Assembly: GCA_964637135.1 (NCBI GenBank)
Contig: CAZWTX010000026.1
Coordinates: 1-38,477, forward strand
Reading direction: 5' to 3'
DNA length: 38,477 nucleotides
Source of the DNA: an uncultured Methanospirillum sp.
GTDB lineage: Archaea > Halobacteriota > Methanomicrobia > Methanomicrobiales > Methanospirillaceae
The position numbers were made by a program, and so were the translations under genes. Below are positions 18,045 through 28,395 of this stretch, one piece after another (within the stretch, counting starts at the first letter, position 1; the number at the start of each line of letters is the position of its first letter). The notes beneath the pieces were generated by a model, which was not told where the DNA came from, made no database searches, and saw nothing but the letters and a program-made list of their open reading frames with translations.

Positions 18045-20105
18045 CTATTCATCCCCATAGGAATACGTGTCAAGTTCTGCCAGAAAATCTTCAACACGGC
18101 CATACCGTTCATTTTTTTGCCATGCGAGGAGTTTCCCGAGAATGGGATCATACTTTGCTAAATCCGGTTTCAGGTCTGCAAGGGGGATCAGGGTGGTCCG
18201 GTTCGCCTCATACTGCCCGTCATCGTGCACCGCTTCGTACGCTTCGCGGCTGTACGGGAGATACCCGCTGAGCAGTTCATAGAAGATAACCCCGATCTGG
18301 AAGATGTCGGTTCGTTTCCCGGGATTTCCATACACTATCTCCTCCCGCTGTTCGGGAGCGATATACAGGGCAGGAGCATCCATCACATCAGACTCCGGGA
18401 TAGAGAACCCGAGTTCGTTCTTCCCCCTGGCATACCCGGATATCTTTGCCGTGAGTTGTTCGGTCAGAAGCACATCGCCAGCCTGGAGATGGTAATGCCG
18501 GATTCCCATGTTATGGGTATACCTGATCCCTTCGGCAATGTCACGAATCAGGGAAAGGGCATACTTCTCACGGATTGGTTTTGGGAGCATAGACAGAGAG
18601 GTATGTTCAGAACCCTTGTACCGGACGCCGCTGAGATACTCGTTCTCAAGGAACGTGAGATCCTCGTTAAATTCAGCCTTGTAAAGCCGGACCACATTCG
18701 GATGCTGCAGGGAACCCCAGACCGATGCTTCCTTGCGGAGGATCTCACTGTCGGCCCCTTTCATATGGGCAACCTTGAGAGATCGGATTCCGCCGGTATC
18801 CTTGCGCATCACCTTGAAAACCCGGGCATAATGATCATCTCCGGCGATACCGAGCGGTTCATACCGGTCCTTGAGTGCATCGGGAAATCCAAACGGATTT
18901 TCAAGATCCATCGGAGTCTGGTCTTCATCAGGAACCCTGAGTTCCTCCTCCTTTTCTCCCTCGTCTGATTTCCGGGTTTTTTCCTCATCTCCCCCCCTTC
19001 GTACACCCTGATTGGTGTCAGCCTTCTTCCCGGTATCCGTTCCCTCCCTGATCCGGGAATTTCGTCCCTGTTTACCGGATTCATCCACGAGAGAGCCAAA
19101 GCTTCCACCGGCTCCGGATCCCCTGTCACCAGTCCCTTTCCTGAGCCGGTTCCGCCGGGAACCATCAGGGGAATGAGGCGGAAAAATGGTGATCGGGCGG
19201 GTGAATGTCCGTACCGGGTGATTCTCCGGGATGACCCGGGTGTTCATCATCAGGACCTGGAATGCGAGGAAAACGATGGTTATTGAGATGATGAGGAGGG
19301 GGAGATGTGAGATAATCCAGCCAAGCAGGGTGAAGCGCTGGACTTTCTCTGTTTCGACCTCCATTTCTCCCGTTGTGGTAAGATCAACGGTGATTCTCGT
19401 CACCGACCCGGGCTCGACCGTCACTTCTTTCCATTTCGGGCGATGATCAGGGTGGGTGATCGTGATCTGGTACGTCGCCGGATTGAGATCCGGAAGCGTC
19501 AGCGGGGTGGATCCCCGCACGCTCTCTCCCATCTTCACCTCTGCCTTCGGAGGGATCGATTCAATGATGATGGAACCGTATTCGGGAGACGATATGCCTC
19601 CTTCCGGAATAACCGTTATCGTCTTTGAAAAGCTGCTTGGGAAGGTGGTATACTCTGTCCCTTTCCGGGTTGCCATGGAAAAACTCAGGGTATATTCCCC
19701 GGGTTTCTCCGGGGGCTGAAGCGTGAGGAGAAAAGTAATATCCCCCCGGGACGGGATCTCCACACCGGGGTCCAGAGGGGAGAAGACAGGATCCACCCTG
19801 ATCGATGACTGGAGCCCTTCGTACAGAAGGCCGAACTTCTCAACGTCATACTGCCAGGAAACCAGACCACGGTTCATGTAGGTGATCGTGACGGTGTACT
19901 CCCGTCCGGCCTCAAGGATGTCAGGGATGGTGTCTCCTGTACAGGTACCCTGGTAATATCCCACCCCGATACTTCCCGGGGTGAACGGTGTGTCAGCACT
20001 CACCGGGAAGAGCCCGGGGAAGAGGAGGACACATACCAGGAAGAGGACTGTCATACTGAATACTGGGCAGGAACACTGCCGGTTATCTGTTGAATCCATC
20101 TGCAT
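18045..20105 (-). CDS. Single-pass receptor-like protein: signal peptide, Ig-like, PEGA, TM, Ser/Thr kinase fold (probable pseudokinase)
   Basis: Clear PEGA (ESIPPKAEV...GSTPLTL); SLK, EASVW, HPNVVRLY, YIAPEQ, TDIFQIG present; HYHLQAGD and KISGY. Start could be 20105, 20099 or 20054. Confidence 0.88.
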   Translation of the reverse strand: MQMDSTDNRQCSCPVFSMTVLFLVCVLLFPGLFPVSADTPFTPGSIGVGYYQGTCTGDTIPDILEAGREYTVTITYMNRGLVSWQYDVEKFGLLYEGLQSSIRVDPVFSPLDPGVEIPSRGDITFLLTLQPPEKPGEYTLSFSMATRKGTEYTTFPSSFSKTITVIPEGGISSPEYGSIIIESIPPKAEVKMGESVRGSTPLTLPDLNPATYQITITHPDHRPKWKEVTVEPGSVTRITVDLTTTGEMEVETEKVQRFTLLGWIISHLPLLIISITIVFLAFQVLMMNTRVIPENHPVRTFTRPITIFPPHSPDGSRRNRLRKGTGDRGSGAGGSFGSLVDESGKQGRNSRIREGTDTGKKADTNQGVRRGGDEEKTRKSDEGEKEEELRVPDEDQTPMDLENPFGFPDALKDRYEPLGIAGDDHYARVFKVMRKDTGGIRSLKVAHMKGADSEILRKEASVWGSLQHPNVVRLYKAEFNEDLTFLENEYLSGVRYKGSEHTSLSMLPKPIREKYALSLIRDIAEGIRYTHNMGIRHYHLQAGDVLLTEQLTAKISGYARGKNELGFSIPESDVMDAPALYIAPEQREEIVYGNPGKRTDIFQIGVIFYELLSGYLPYSREAYEAVHDDGQYEANRTTLIPLADLKPDLAKYDPILGKLLAWQKNERYGRVEDFLAELDTYSYGDE

Positions 20106-20152
20106 CGGGAGAACCTGCCAGAACAGGGCTATCTGAAACAGCCCGGGAATGT

Positions 20153-20164
20153 ATTTATATTAAT
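20153..20164. promoter_or_regulatory. AT-rich TATA-like box between divergent genes
   Basis: ATTTATATTAAT reads as TATA-like on both strands in a 77-bp intergenic gap. Confidence 0.55.
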
Positions 20165-20182
20165 CTCTCTTCTATCAGTAAA

Positions 20183-21535
20183 ATGCATCCCCGACGGTTT
20201 TACAATGAGGAAATCGAGACGATGGACCGGGACAGGCTCGACTCCCTCGTTGATGAGCGAATTGCATATACGGTCTCCTTTGCCGCTGAGCATTCCCCAT
20301 TTTATAGGAAATTCTTCCGGGAGCATAAGATCAGGCCTGCAGACATCACGACGCATGATGATCTCCTTGGACTCCCGATCATTTCCGGACAGGTCATCCG
20401 GGAGAACCAGCCTCCGGTGACTGAAGATTTCATGTTCAGAAGCATGGACTGGAATGGCATATACACCGTCCATGAGACAAGCGGGACAAGCGGAACTCCG
20501 AAGGGTTTCTTCCTTACCTGGGAGGACTGGATGCGGTATGCTGATAAATATGCACGGATATTCGTCTCACAGGGATTCGGACCCGGCGACCGGCTCATCA
20601 TCTGTGCCAGTTACGGGATGAACGTCGGTGCAAACACCATGACCCTCGCTGCCCGGGATATCAGGATGACAATCATCCCGACAGGAAAATGCACATTTCC
20701 GATACGCCTGATGCATGCATACCAGCCGACGGGAATCGTCGGAAGTGTATTCAAGTTCATCCGCCTCGCCCGTAGAATGCAGGCTGAAGGACTTAAGCCG
20801 GCTGATTCCTCCATTGAACGGCTCGTTATCGGCGGGGAGAGTTTTGCTGACGAATCGAGGAAATACGTGGAGGATCTCTTCGGCTGCGAAGTGTACAACA
20901 CGTATGGGAGCACGGAAGGGACCATGTGCGGTGAATGCTTGGCAACAGCAGGGCTCCATGTCCCTGAAGACATTGTCCATATGGATATCTACGACCCGGT
21001 ACAGCAGCGGTATGTACCGGAAGGGGGATCCGGGCATATCGTCCTGTCAACCCTGCTCAAACCGGGAGAGAAATGCGGCAGCCTCCTTCTGAACTATGAT
21101 ACCGATGATACCACCCGTATTCTTTCACGGGATCCCTGTGCCTGCGGACGAACCCATATGCGGATCCTCAATCCCTGGCGCGAGACTGAAACCGTCAGGA
21201 TATTCGAGGTTGATATGAACCGTATTGACATCGAACGGGCAGTATTCCAGCCTGGAAACATGGATTTCCTTACTGGTGAATACGAAGCTTTCGTCTATGG
21301 GGATGATGAGAATGAGATCGTGCTCCGTATATCCGTTGAGGCAGAGAACCGGGAAGCCTGTAACATCAGGGACATCACGGAGACGATCACCGGCACCCTG
21401 TTAAAAAACACCCCTGCCCTTGTCCCGTTATACGATGATGAGTTAGTAAAAATCCTGGTCCATGTCACCGGCCCCGGAGAACTTGAACTTCACCATGTCA
21501 GGGGAAGACCAAAGCGACTAATAGACAGAAGATAA
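20183..21535 (+). CDS. ftsA: Coenzyme F390 synthetase (PaaK-like adenylate-forming enzyme; not cell-division FtsA)
   Basis: EIETM..LD.L..ERI.YTV, RENQPP, HETSGTSG, CASYGMNVGANTM, YGSTEG, LLLNYDT. Confidence 0.9.
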   Translation: MHPRRFYNEEIETMDRDRLDSLVDERIAYTVSFAAEHSPFYRKFFREHKIRPADITTHDDLLGLPIISGQVIRENQPPVTEDFMFRSMDWNGIYTVHETSGTSGTPKGFFLTWEDWMRYADKYARIFVSQGFGPGDRLIICASYGMNVGANTMTLAARDIRMTIIPTGKCTFPIRLMHAYQPTGIVGSVFKFIRLARRMQAEGLKPADSSIERLVIGGESFADESRKYVEDLFGCEVYNTYGSTEGTMCGECLATAGLHVPEDIVHMDIYDPVQQRYVPEGGSGHIVLSTLLKPGEKCGSLLLNYDTDDTTRILSRDPCACGRTHMRILNPWRETETVRIFEVDMNRIDIERAVFQPGNMDFLTGEYEAFVYGDDENEIVLRISVEAENREACNIRDITETITGTLLKNTPALVPLYDDELVKILVHVTGPGELELHHVRGRPKRLIDRR

Positions 21536-21547
21536 CCGGAATAATAG

Positions 21548-22597
21548 ATGATCCGCGAGATGCTGCACCGGTACCCGGCAGTCCCAGCGATGCTGCTTGC
21601 ATGTAGTATCCTCGTTATTGCCGGGTATGTCTTTCTCCCCCTGTTCTACGCGGTCATTATTGCCCTGGCTGCTGCCATCGTGCTCGGGCCCGTGCACCGC
21701 CAGCTGAACCAATGGATCGGGATCGGGTGGTCGGCTCTTCTCCTCTGTATCGGATCTACTATTGCGATCATCCTCTTTGCCGCATCAGTTATCAACGCAA
21801 TCGTCACCCACGGCCACTTGCTCATGGGAATGGGGAACACCATATATGCAGCAGTTACGGGATCTACTGCCACAACCAGTTTTAACTCGTTAAGCGATCT
21901 GCTTCCGGGCAGCACCAACGACATCAGCTGGACCGACCAGCTCATGAATGAAACCATTCCCACCCTTCTCTCCTGGATCCATGATTTTGCCATCAATTTA
22001 CCATCATTCGGGGTCCAGTACCTGATCTTCTTCCTTGCCCTCTTCCTGATCCTGAAAAACGGGCCCGGGGTGATGTCCCGGCTCCAGGTCTGTCTTCCCG
22101 ATCCCACCGGGTCATATGTCGGAAAGCTTGCCAGGATCACATCAGACACGATCTACGCGGTTTTCATGGTGAATGTCCAGATCGCATTCCTTACCTTCTT
22201 TATCACACTCCCTTTTTTCACCGTTCTGGGATACGGCGACCCGGTTTTCTGGTCATTTATCTGTGGGGCATCCCATCTCTTTCCCTTCTTCGGACCGCAG
22301 ATCATCACGCTCTTCCTCGGTACCTATGCCCTGGCCACCGGGGACTATACCCGGCTCCTCGCCATCATCCTGATCGGATACCCGCTCATCACCGGACTTG
22401 CGGATTTTTTTATCAGGCCGAAACTTCTTGGAACCAGGACTGCAGTCCATCCGGCACTGATGATGATCGGGCTTTTTGGAGGGATGTATACGCTTGGTGC
22501 AGTAGGAATCATCCTCGGTCCCCTGATCATCGCCCTTGCCCTTGCTGCCTTTGAGACGATCATGGAATCGCTTGAAGGAGATGAAAATACCAGGTAA
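21548..22597 (+). CDS. AI-2E family (UPF0118) transporter
   Basis: Multi-TM protein; FIRPKLLG...HPALMMIGLFGG...GIILGP. Confidence 0.9.
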   Translation: MIREMLHRYPAVPAMLLACSILVIAGYVFLPLFYAVIIALAAAIVLGPVHRQLNQWIGIGWSALLLCIGSTIAIILFAASVINAIVTHGHLLMGMGNTIYAAVTGSTATTSFNSLSDLLPGSTNDISWTDQLMNETIPTLLSWIHDFAINLPSFGVQYLIFFLALFLILKNGPGVMSRLQVCLPDPTGSYVGKLARITSDTIYAVFMVNVQIAFLTFFITLPFFTVLGYGDPVFWSFICGASHLFPFFGPQIITLFLGTYALATGDYTRLLAIILIGYPLITGLADFFIRPKLLGTRTAVHPALMMIGLFGGMYTLGAVGIILGPLIIALALAAFETIMESLEGDENTR

Positions 22598-22720
22598 TAC
22601 TCATCCGGAGTGTCCGGGTTACCCGGGCAGGTTCTGCCGGTGAAATCCATGTACCGTGGCCGGTCGGGCTTTCAGAGGTATTAATCCGGGGAAAACCGGG
22701 GGAAAAGGGAAGGTGAGATC

Positions 22721-23251
22721 TCAGGATGAAAGGGCCTGGATCGCCGAGCAGACGATCATACCCAGTTGTTCCACGTTCCATAGTTCGGTATCGAGAACCA
22801 TGTGATAGGGTTCAAGAGAACCGATATCGATATTATAGTATTTTTTGTACCTGAGCGCTTCGCTGGCTTCTCTCGCTTTCGTCTCCTCAAGTGCGGAAGC
22901 GATATCAGCATACGCATCCCGCATCAGGATCCTGCGTACCCGGCATTCCAGGGAAGCCTTCAGCCAGATACGAAGATTTGCTTCAGGGAGTACCCAGCCG
23001 GAGAGACGGGCTTCAACGAGAATGTTATCCCTGGAGAGTGCCATCTCCCGCTGCCGGTCATCGATCATTCTGTCGACAGAGGGATCTCTCTCACAGAATG
23101 CACTGAATTCAGCAAGTGAGAGATTACGTTCCCGTGCCATCTGGCGGAACACCTCACCGGCGGATATTACTTCCATTCCCTGGAGAGCGGCAATATGATA
23201 CGTAAGAGAGGTTGTGCCGCTCCCCGGAAGCCCGCTGATCGTTATCCGCAA
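22721..23251 (-). CDS. cmk: Cytidylate kinase
   Basis: RITISGLPGSGTT, SAGEVFR, EARLSGW; likely TTG start at 23251. Confidence 0.93.
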   Translation of the reverse strand: MRITISGLPGSGTTSLTYHIAALQGMEVISAGEVFRQMARERNLSLAEFSAFCERDPSVDRMIDDRQREMALSRDNILVEARLSGWVLPEANLRIWLKASLECRVRRILMRDAYADIASALEETKAREASEALRYKKYYNIDIGSLEPYHMVLDTELWNVEQLGMIVCSAIQALSS

Positions 23252-23252
23252 A

Positions 23253-23858
23253 TCAGATGCCCCCGATATCAAGCGCTTTCCGGATCACCTGGGAAAGGGT
23301 GATGGAACAGAGCATGTACCAGATGATCCATGCCGGCGCCGGACCGAGGATCAGATCGGTTAGGTGAACGGTACCAAAGAACGGCATGGAAATGAACGCG
23401 TCGAAATGGTTCAGCCGGTAGATAAGCCAGAAGAAGATGGGAAGAGTGATCACCATGATGTACCCCATCGGTTTAAACTGTGCCTGGCTCATCTCAAGCT
23501 GATCCTGCATCATCGTGGCCCGTCTGGCTTCCAGTTTCTTCACCCGTTTATCATCCTTCGCAAGCATTGCTTCGCGGTATTCTTTCTGGAACTCCTTCAT
23601 CTTGTTTTGTGTCTCCTTCATCTTCCGGTAATCTATGGTGTATTTCTGGATGATGGAAGAATAGAACCCCGTACAGGCTGAAAGAATAATAATGACGATG
23701 TAAAACGGAATTCCAAAGTGATCCACGAGCGGGCCGAGAACCTGATCAAGACCGGTTCCGATGGAATTCCTGACCGTTTCAATACTTGCTACGAGAATGA
23801 GCCCCATGGCAAGAAGAAGGGGCATCATGCTCATGTTGGCAGAAGAGGATGAACCCAT
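23253..23858 (-). CDS. DUF106 / EMC3-TMCO1 (Oxa1 superfamily) membrane protein
   Basis: TM, coiled coil, QFKPM, WIIWYMLCS; conserved position between adk and cmk. Confidence 0.9.
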   Translation of the reverse strand: MGSSSSANMSMMPLLLAMGLILVASIETVRNSIGTGLDQVLGPLVDHFGIPFYIVIIILSACTGFYSSIIQKYTIDYRKMKETQNKMKEFQKEYREAMLAKDDKRVKKLEARRATMMQDQLEMSQAQFKPMGYIMVITLPIFFWLIYRLNHFDAFISMPFFGTVHLTDLILGPAPAWIIWYMLCSITLSQVIRKALDIGGI

Positions 23859-23861
23859 GAC

Positions 23862-24434
23862 TCACCTGAGGGTTTCTACCATCTCTTCTACAGACTTCTC
23901 AAGCAGGAAGTCTGCATTTGTGATATACTTGATAGTACAACCGGTAATCGTCGCATACGACGCAGCAACGGCCCGGTTGAAATTCTGGTGGTCGGCGATC
24001 GCACGGGATCCCTCAATATCCCTGACCCTTGAGAGATCGCTGAGACGGCGCCTCAGGATCTGGTCCTCGTCTGTCTCAACAAGAACGATGATATCTGGGT
24101 TCAGTTCGCGGAGAACCCATTCAGGAAGACCTGCAAGAAATCCCACAGGAGTCTTGACTGATGCATGAGTGTCGATGATGACATTGCCCTCAATCCGGGC
24201 AATCGCCTGGGCAGCAAGTTTCTGCAGACGTTTCTGCGTATCCTTGTCCAGTCTGCGCATCTCATCACGATCCTTCACCAGTTCCTCTTTCAGGGCAACC
24301 TCAAACATGAAGGAGCCGAAGTTGATATTCTGATAGGGAACTCCGGCAGCCTCAAGTCTGGCTGCAGACTCGTTGATAACCGAAGTCTTTCCAACTCCGG
24401 GCACTCCTGTGATGATAACCTTCTTCCCGGCCAT
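23862..24434 (-). CDS. adk: Archaeal adenylate kinase
   Basis: TGVPGVGKT, DRDEMR, IDTH, GFLAGLP. Confidence 0.96.
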   Translation of the reverse strand: MAGKKVIITGVPGVGKTSVINESAARLEAAGVPYQNINFGSFMFEVALKEELVKDRDEMRRLDKDTQKRLQKLAAQAIARIEGNVIIDTHASVKTPVGFLAGLPEWVLRELNPDIIVLVETDEDQILRRRLSDLSRVRDIEGSRAIADHQNFNRAVAASYATITGCTIKYITNADFLLEKSVEEMVETLR

Positions 24435-24446
24435 ACCGATCGTCTC

Positions 24447-25886
24447 TCACTCTTTGCCAAAGAACGTTCTCATGAAGGGGTACATCTCCATGATCTGTTC
24501 GCTGGCGATCTGTTCGTAGAGCCGGTACGTGATACTCACGGCAAGCAGAAGACCGGTTCCGCTCACGCTACCGATAACTCCGAAGAGGTTTGCAACAACC
24601 GAGAGGAGACCGACAAATACCCCGCCGATAACCGTTACACGGGGAATATACCGGTCAAGCACCTTCTCGAGCACGGCCGGGTTTCTCCGGTATCCGGGGA
24701 TGGACATACCGGATCCCTGGATCTGGCGGGCAACTGCCTTTGAATCCAGTCCGGCCGTCTTCACCCAGAATATGGCAAAGATGGCACCACCGACGATCAT
24801 GAAGACCGAATCGATACCGAGCCTGATGAGGACTTCCCAGGGGGCATGGCCGCCGACAAAATTCGACATCCACCACATCCAGTCCTGGGGAGAGTTGATC
24901 GGGGCAAGGTACCACATCAGACCGCCGGTCGGATTCTGGCCTTCGAACGTTCCGAAGATCGTAATCCCGACGTTGTTCAGGAAGAGCCCGACCATCTGGA
25001 TGTTGGCCTGGAGCACACGGACAAGAATCATCGGCAGCACGCTGGCGTAGATGAGCTTGACCGGGAACCGGGCACGGGCTCCTCTCACCTGGGTATGGGC
25101 AAGCGGAATCTCAACCCGGGTGGATTCGACGTAGACGATCAGCATGAAGATGGCGATCGTCGTGATGAATGCGATCAGATCGGGCCCGAAATACTGTATG
25201 AAGTTCCCGCCATCCAGAACGATGGAGAACAGGCGGGGGAAGAACCCGACCGGGTACATGTCGGTGACCGGTGCCCAGTTGATGAACCCGTTCACGATCG
25301 CTTCGGCGATACCGGCTACGATGAAGAGACCAACACCTGATCCGATACCCCACTTCGTGACGACCTCGTCCATCAGGAAGATAAGCACCCCGCCGGCACA
25401 GATCTGCAGAAAGATCAGAAATGCCAGGATGGAAGTATTTCCACCAAAGAGCGCCATTGCAGTGGCCGGATCCGGCTGAAGGAACCCTCCGATGATCATC
25501 GGAATGGCCTCGACCACGATCATAACCATGATCATGAGTTTCTGCAGACCCATGTACTGGATCTGGCCCTTCAGGTCGGATGTATCGATATGGATGATAT
25601 CCGCACCTTTCAGGAGCTGGAGCACGATGGATGCGGTCACAATCGGACCGATTCCGAGGTGAACAATAGATCCGCTCTGACCCGCGAGGAGGGCACGGAA
25701 GTACTGGAACATATCCTGGGAATCAGCCGATAACCCGAAGACATGAATGTTCGTCAGGATAAAGTAGACGAACAGGATAGCAACGGTCCAGGTTAATTTG
25801 TTCTTGAAATGAACATGCCCTTCAGGACCTTTTACAGACGGCATCTTGGCCAGAATTGGCTCCATCCGGTCGAGTATCTCACCCAT
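24447..25886 (-). CDS. secY: Preprotein translocase subunit SecY
   Basis: LGIGPIVTASI, KWGIGSG, IPGYRR, SGTGLLLAV. Confidence 0.98.
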   Translation of the reverse strand: MGEILDRMEPILAKMPSVKGPEGHVHFKNKLTWTVAILFVYFILTNIHVFGLSADSQDMFQYFRALLAGQSGSIVHLGIGPIVTASIVLQLLKGADIIHIDTSDLKGQIQYMGLQKLMIMVMIVVEAIPMIIGGFLQPDPATAMALFGGNTSILAFLIFLQICAGGVLIFLMDEVVTKWGIGSGVGLFIVAGIAEAIVNGFINWAPVTDMYPVGFFPRLFSIVLDGGNFIQYFGPDLIAFITTIAIFMLIVYVESTRVEIPLAHTQVRGARARFPVKLIYASVLPMILVRVLQANIQMVGLFLNNVGITIFGTFEGQNPTGGLMWYLAPINSPQDWMWWMSNFVGGHAPWEVLIRLGIDSVFMIVGGAIFAIFWVKTAGLDSKAVARQIQGSGMSIPGYRRNPAVLEKVLDRYIPRVTVIGGVFVGLLSVVANLFGVIGSVSGTGLLLAVSITYRLYEQIASEQIMEMYPFMRTFFGKE

Positions 25887-25905
25887 GTTGATCCTCCGGA
25901 AAAGA

Positions 25906-26337
25906 TCAGGCGGTCAGGGCCTGACCGCCCTGTGCCTCGATCTTGGCAACTGCCTGTTCTGAGAATGCTGCCGCCGTGATATTCATCTTGTAGGTGACTT
26001 TTCCGCCGCCGAGAACCTTCTCGATCCCCAGATCTGCAGCGTTGAGGACTACAATATCACCCTCACGGGATGCAGTTCCCTTCTGAAGTAATGCCGGAAC
26101 TATCTGGTCGATATCGCCGATATCAAGCACATCACCGATGATCTCTGCCCGGTGATAATGCTTGAAACCGTTCTTTCCGTACACAAACTGCGCATGAACT
26201 GTGCCGCGAACGAACTTATGATCACGGCTTCCCGCTCTGCCACGGCCTCCCCGGTTACCCGCTCCCCTGCGGTTTTTATGAGTTCCACCGCCACAGGTGC
26301 GTGATCCCCGGTACTTGGAACGTTTGTTGACTGGCAT
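25906..26337 (-). CDS. rpl15: Ribosomal protein uL15
   Basis: RGSRTCGGG...RGAGNRGGRG, KVLGGG. Confidence 0.97.
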   Translation of the reverse strand: MPVNKRSKYRGSRTCGGGTHKNRRGAGNRGGRGRAGSRDHKFVRGTVHAQFVYGKNGFKHYHRAEIIGDVLDIGDIDQIVPALLQKGTASREGDIVVLNAADLGIEKVLGGGKVTYKMNITAAAFSEQAVAKIEAQGGQALTA

Positions 26338-26341
26338 GCTC

Positions 26342-26803
26342 TTACCTCATCTTGTAGAGAAGATCGTTTATCTTCTCGCCATGATACCCGAGGGAGCCAC
26401 CCTGCTGGGCAGTCCGCTTGGTAGTCTTGTATCCTTTCCGCGGGGGGTGAAGCCGGAGAACCGGTTTGAGTCCGGGTACATCTGCGAGTCGTGCCTGGCC
26501 GGTAGCGAGTGCCTCTGCAAAATCGCTGATGCCTGAGTACTGGGTGTTCTCCTTGATGTACTCGTCGCTCAGGTGCACGTCACCGGCAAGCCGGCCACGA
26601 TTTCTGAGCAGTTCCTCGACGACCCCTGCATCGATCTCACCATATGCAATGTAATCCTTGACCTTGTGGATCATACCGGTGTATGCCGGCGTGTCAGGGA
26701 TCAGCACGCAGTGGTTGATGTGATGCAGGCGGAGCATCTTGAGGGTGTCCTTGATCTCACGGCGGGTCTTTACCGTTCCGCGGACCTGTACAACCGCATA
26801 CAT
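26342..26803 (-). CDS. rpl30: Ribosomal protein uL30
   Basis: [17 protein letters not shown]. Confidence 0.97.
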   Translation of the reverse strand: MYAVVQVRGTVKTRREIKDTLKMLRLHHINHCVLIPDTPAYTGMIHKVKDYIAYGEIDAGVVEELLRNRGRLAGDVHLSDEYIKENTQYSGISDFAEALATGQARLADVPGLKPVLRLHPPRKGYKTTKRTAQQGGSLGYHGEKINDLLYKMR

Positions 26804-27420
26804 TACTCCTTGCCTCCGAGACGAATCATATTGGTCGCTTTAAGGGCGTTGAAGGTTGCCTTTGCATAGTTGATTGTCGTCCGGGTCTGACCCTGGGTCT
26901 GTGCCCAGACATCCCTGATCCCGGCAAGCTCGAGCACCTTCTTACCGATGTCTCCGGTCACGAGGCCGATACCCTGTGGTGCCGGCCGGAGGGTGACCTT
27001 AACACTCCCAGCAATACCATTCACGAGCATCGGAATGGAGTGTGGCTTTGAACAGCCGCATTCCCATGAACCACAGCCACGGCGGACCTTGATAAGGTTG
27101 GTCTTGGCATTGGTGATTGCCTTTTTGATGGCATCTCCCACCTGTGAATCCTTACCCTGGCCGAATCCAACGTATCCGTCCTTGTTTCCTACAACAACCA
27201 CGGCTCTGAACTTGACTCTGCGCCCGGAGTCAGTCATCCGCTGTACCATGTTGATGTCGAGCACCTCATCGACGAGATCTGGGAGGAATGCATCGACGAT
27301 CTCAGGTTCCTTGATGGGTTTCCCGCTGGTGAGCACCTCGTCGATGCTCTTGATCTCGCCGGCCTGGACCATGCGTCCAAGACCGGTCAGGGGTACCCAT
27401 TCTGCCTTATCAAATGCCAT
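26803..27420 (-). CDS. rps5: Ribosomal protein uS5
   Basis: [18 protein letters not shown]. Confidence 0.98.
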   Translation of the reverse strand: MAFDKAEWVPLTGLGRMVQAGEIKSIDEVLTSGKPIKEPEIVDAFLPDLVDEVLDINMVQRMTDSGRRVKFRAVVVVGNKDGYVGFGQGKDSQVGDAIKKAITNAKTNLIKVRRGCGSWECGCSKPHSIPMLVNGIAGSVKVTLRPAPQGIGLVTGDIGKKVLELAGIRDVWAQTQGQTRTTINYAKATFNALKATNMIRLGGKE

Positions 27421-27421
27421 A

Positions 27422-27949
27422 TCAGTTCAGCTCCCCCATAATCGCGTCTCTCACTGCTGCCACATTGGCAGGGAGTGAACCTGCACGGTCCGGGGCGTAT
27501 GCTGCGATGTGTTCACCATTGCACCGCTCGTCAGAGGGAAGAATCTCCTCGTTGTGCGGGATGTCAAGTCCGGCTTCGACAGCTCCCTTCAGAGCTGCAA
27601 AAACACGGGCCCCTTTCTTTGCCCGGTGCAGACCGATGTCCAGAATGACACTCTCCTGTTGTGCCTTCATGGCACGGACAGCGAGAAGCATTCCGGTCAG
27701 GTATGCTGCCGGGGTGTTGGAAAGGGAGCCTTCATAGCCGTACTTCCGCAGTTCAGACGAATTAACTGCAACATGTGTCTGGTCACCCCCGATATGTGCG
27801 GTGATGATCTGACAGATGATGTGCTTGTTCGTCTTCCTGACGACCATGCGGGGATCTTCACAGACAACCAGTTTCGTCCTGACATAGTAGTCAGTACGCC
27901 CTTCACGCCTGCGGCGGAATGGAACAAAGTATCTCGGGCCGGTTGCCAT
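27422..27949 (-). CDS. rpl18: Ribosomal protein uL18
   Basis: [20 protein letters not shown]. Confidence 0.98.
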   Translation of the reverse strand: MATGPRYFVPFRRRREGRTDYYVRTKLVVCEDPRMVVRKTNKHIICQIITAHIGGDQTHVAVNSSELRKYGYEGSLSNTPAAYLTGMLLAVRAMKAQQESVILDIGLHRAKKGARVFAALKGAVEAGLDIPHNEEILPSDERCNGEHIAAYAPDRAGSLPANVAAVRDAIMGELN

Positions 27950-28395
27950 TATTCAGCCCTCCCGATCTCTATCTGTGCCTTCAGGTGGGAGACCGTCCTG
28001 AACTGCCCGCCTGCTGCACGGCGGTAAAACCGGCGGTAGACGGTGCAGGTGATCTCTTCCTTCTCGCGCAATTCACGGAGAACTTTCCGCTGTGCACGAA
28101 TCCGCTGAACCCAGCGGGTTTTGCTGTCGGTGCGGGAACCGGCTGCTCCTTTCCTGCGGCCCGGACCCTTACAGTGTCCGTATGCACGCTTTGCCATCAG
28201 GGCACGGGCTCTCCCACGGGAGTTCCCCCTCTTCTGATGAGCAGCAATGGCACCCTCACCGATCAGGTTTCTGATGTCTTCACGGGAGATAGCCCGCTGA
28301 ATATCCTCGATCTTCTCAGGGTTGAACCATACCCGGTTCACCCCGCAGCCGAGGACTTCTGCAGCAAGGCGTCTCTGACCAGAAATCTGACTCAT
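27949..28395 (-). CDS. rpl19e: Ribosomal protein eL19
   Basis: QRRLAA..L.CG..RVW, GPGRRKG. Confidence 0.98.
   Translation of the reverse strand: MSQISGQRRLAAEVLGCGVNRVWFNPEKIEDIQRAISREDIRNLIGEGAIAAHQKRGNSRGRARALMAKRAYGHCKGPGRRKGAAGSRTDSKTRWVQRIRAQRKVLRELREKEEITCTVYRRFYRRAAGGQFRTVSHLKAQIEIGRAE

Noticed and set aside
18225..18968. 247-aa plus-strand ORF
   Set aside because: Antisense to the pseudokinase domain; no start signals or motifs.
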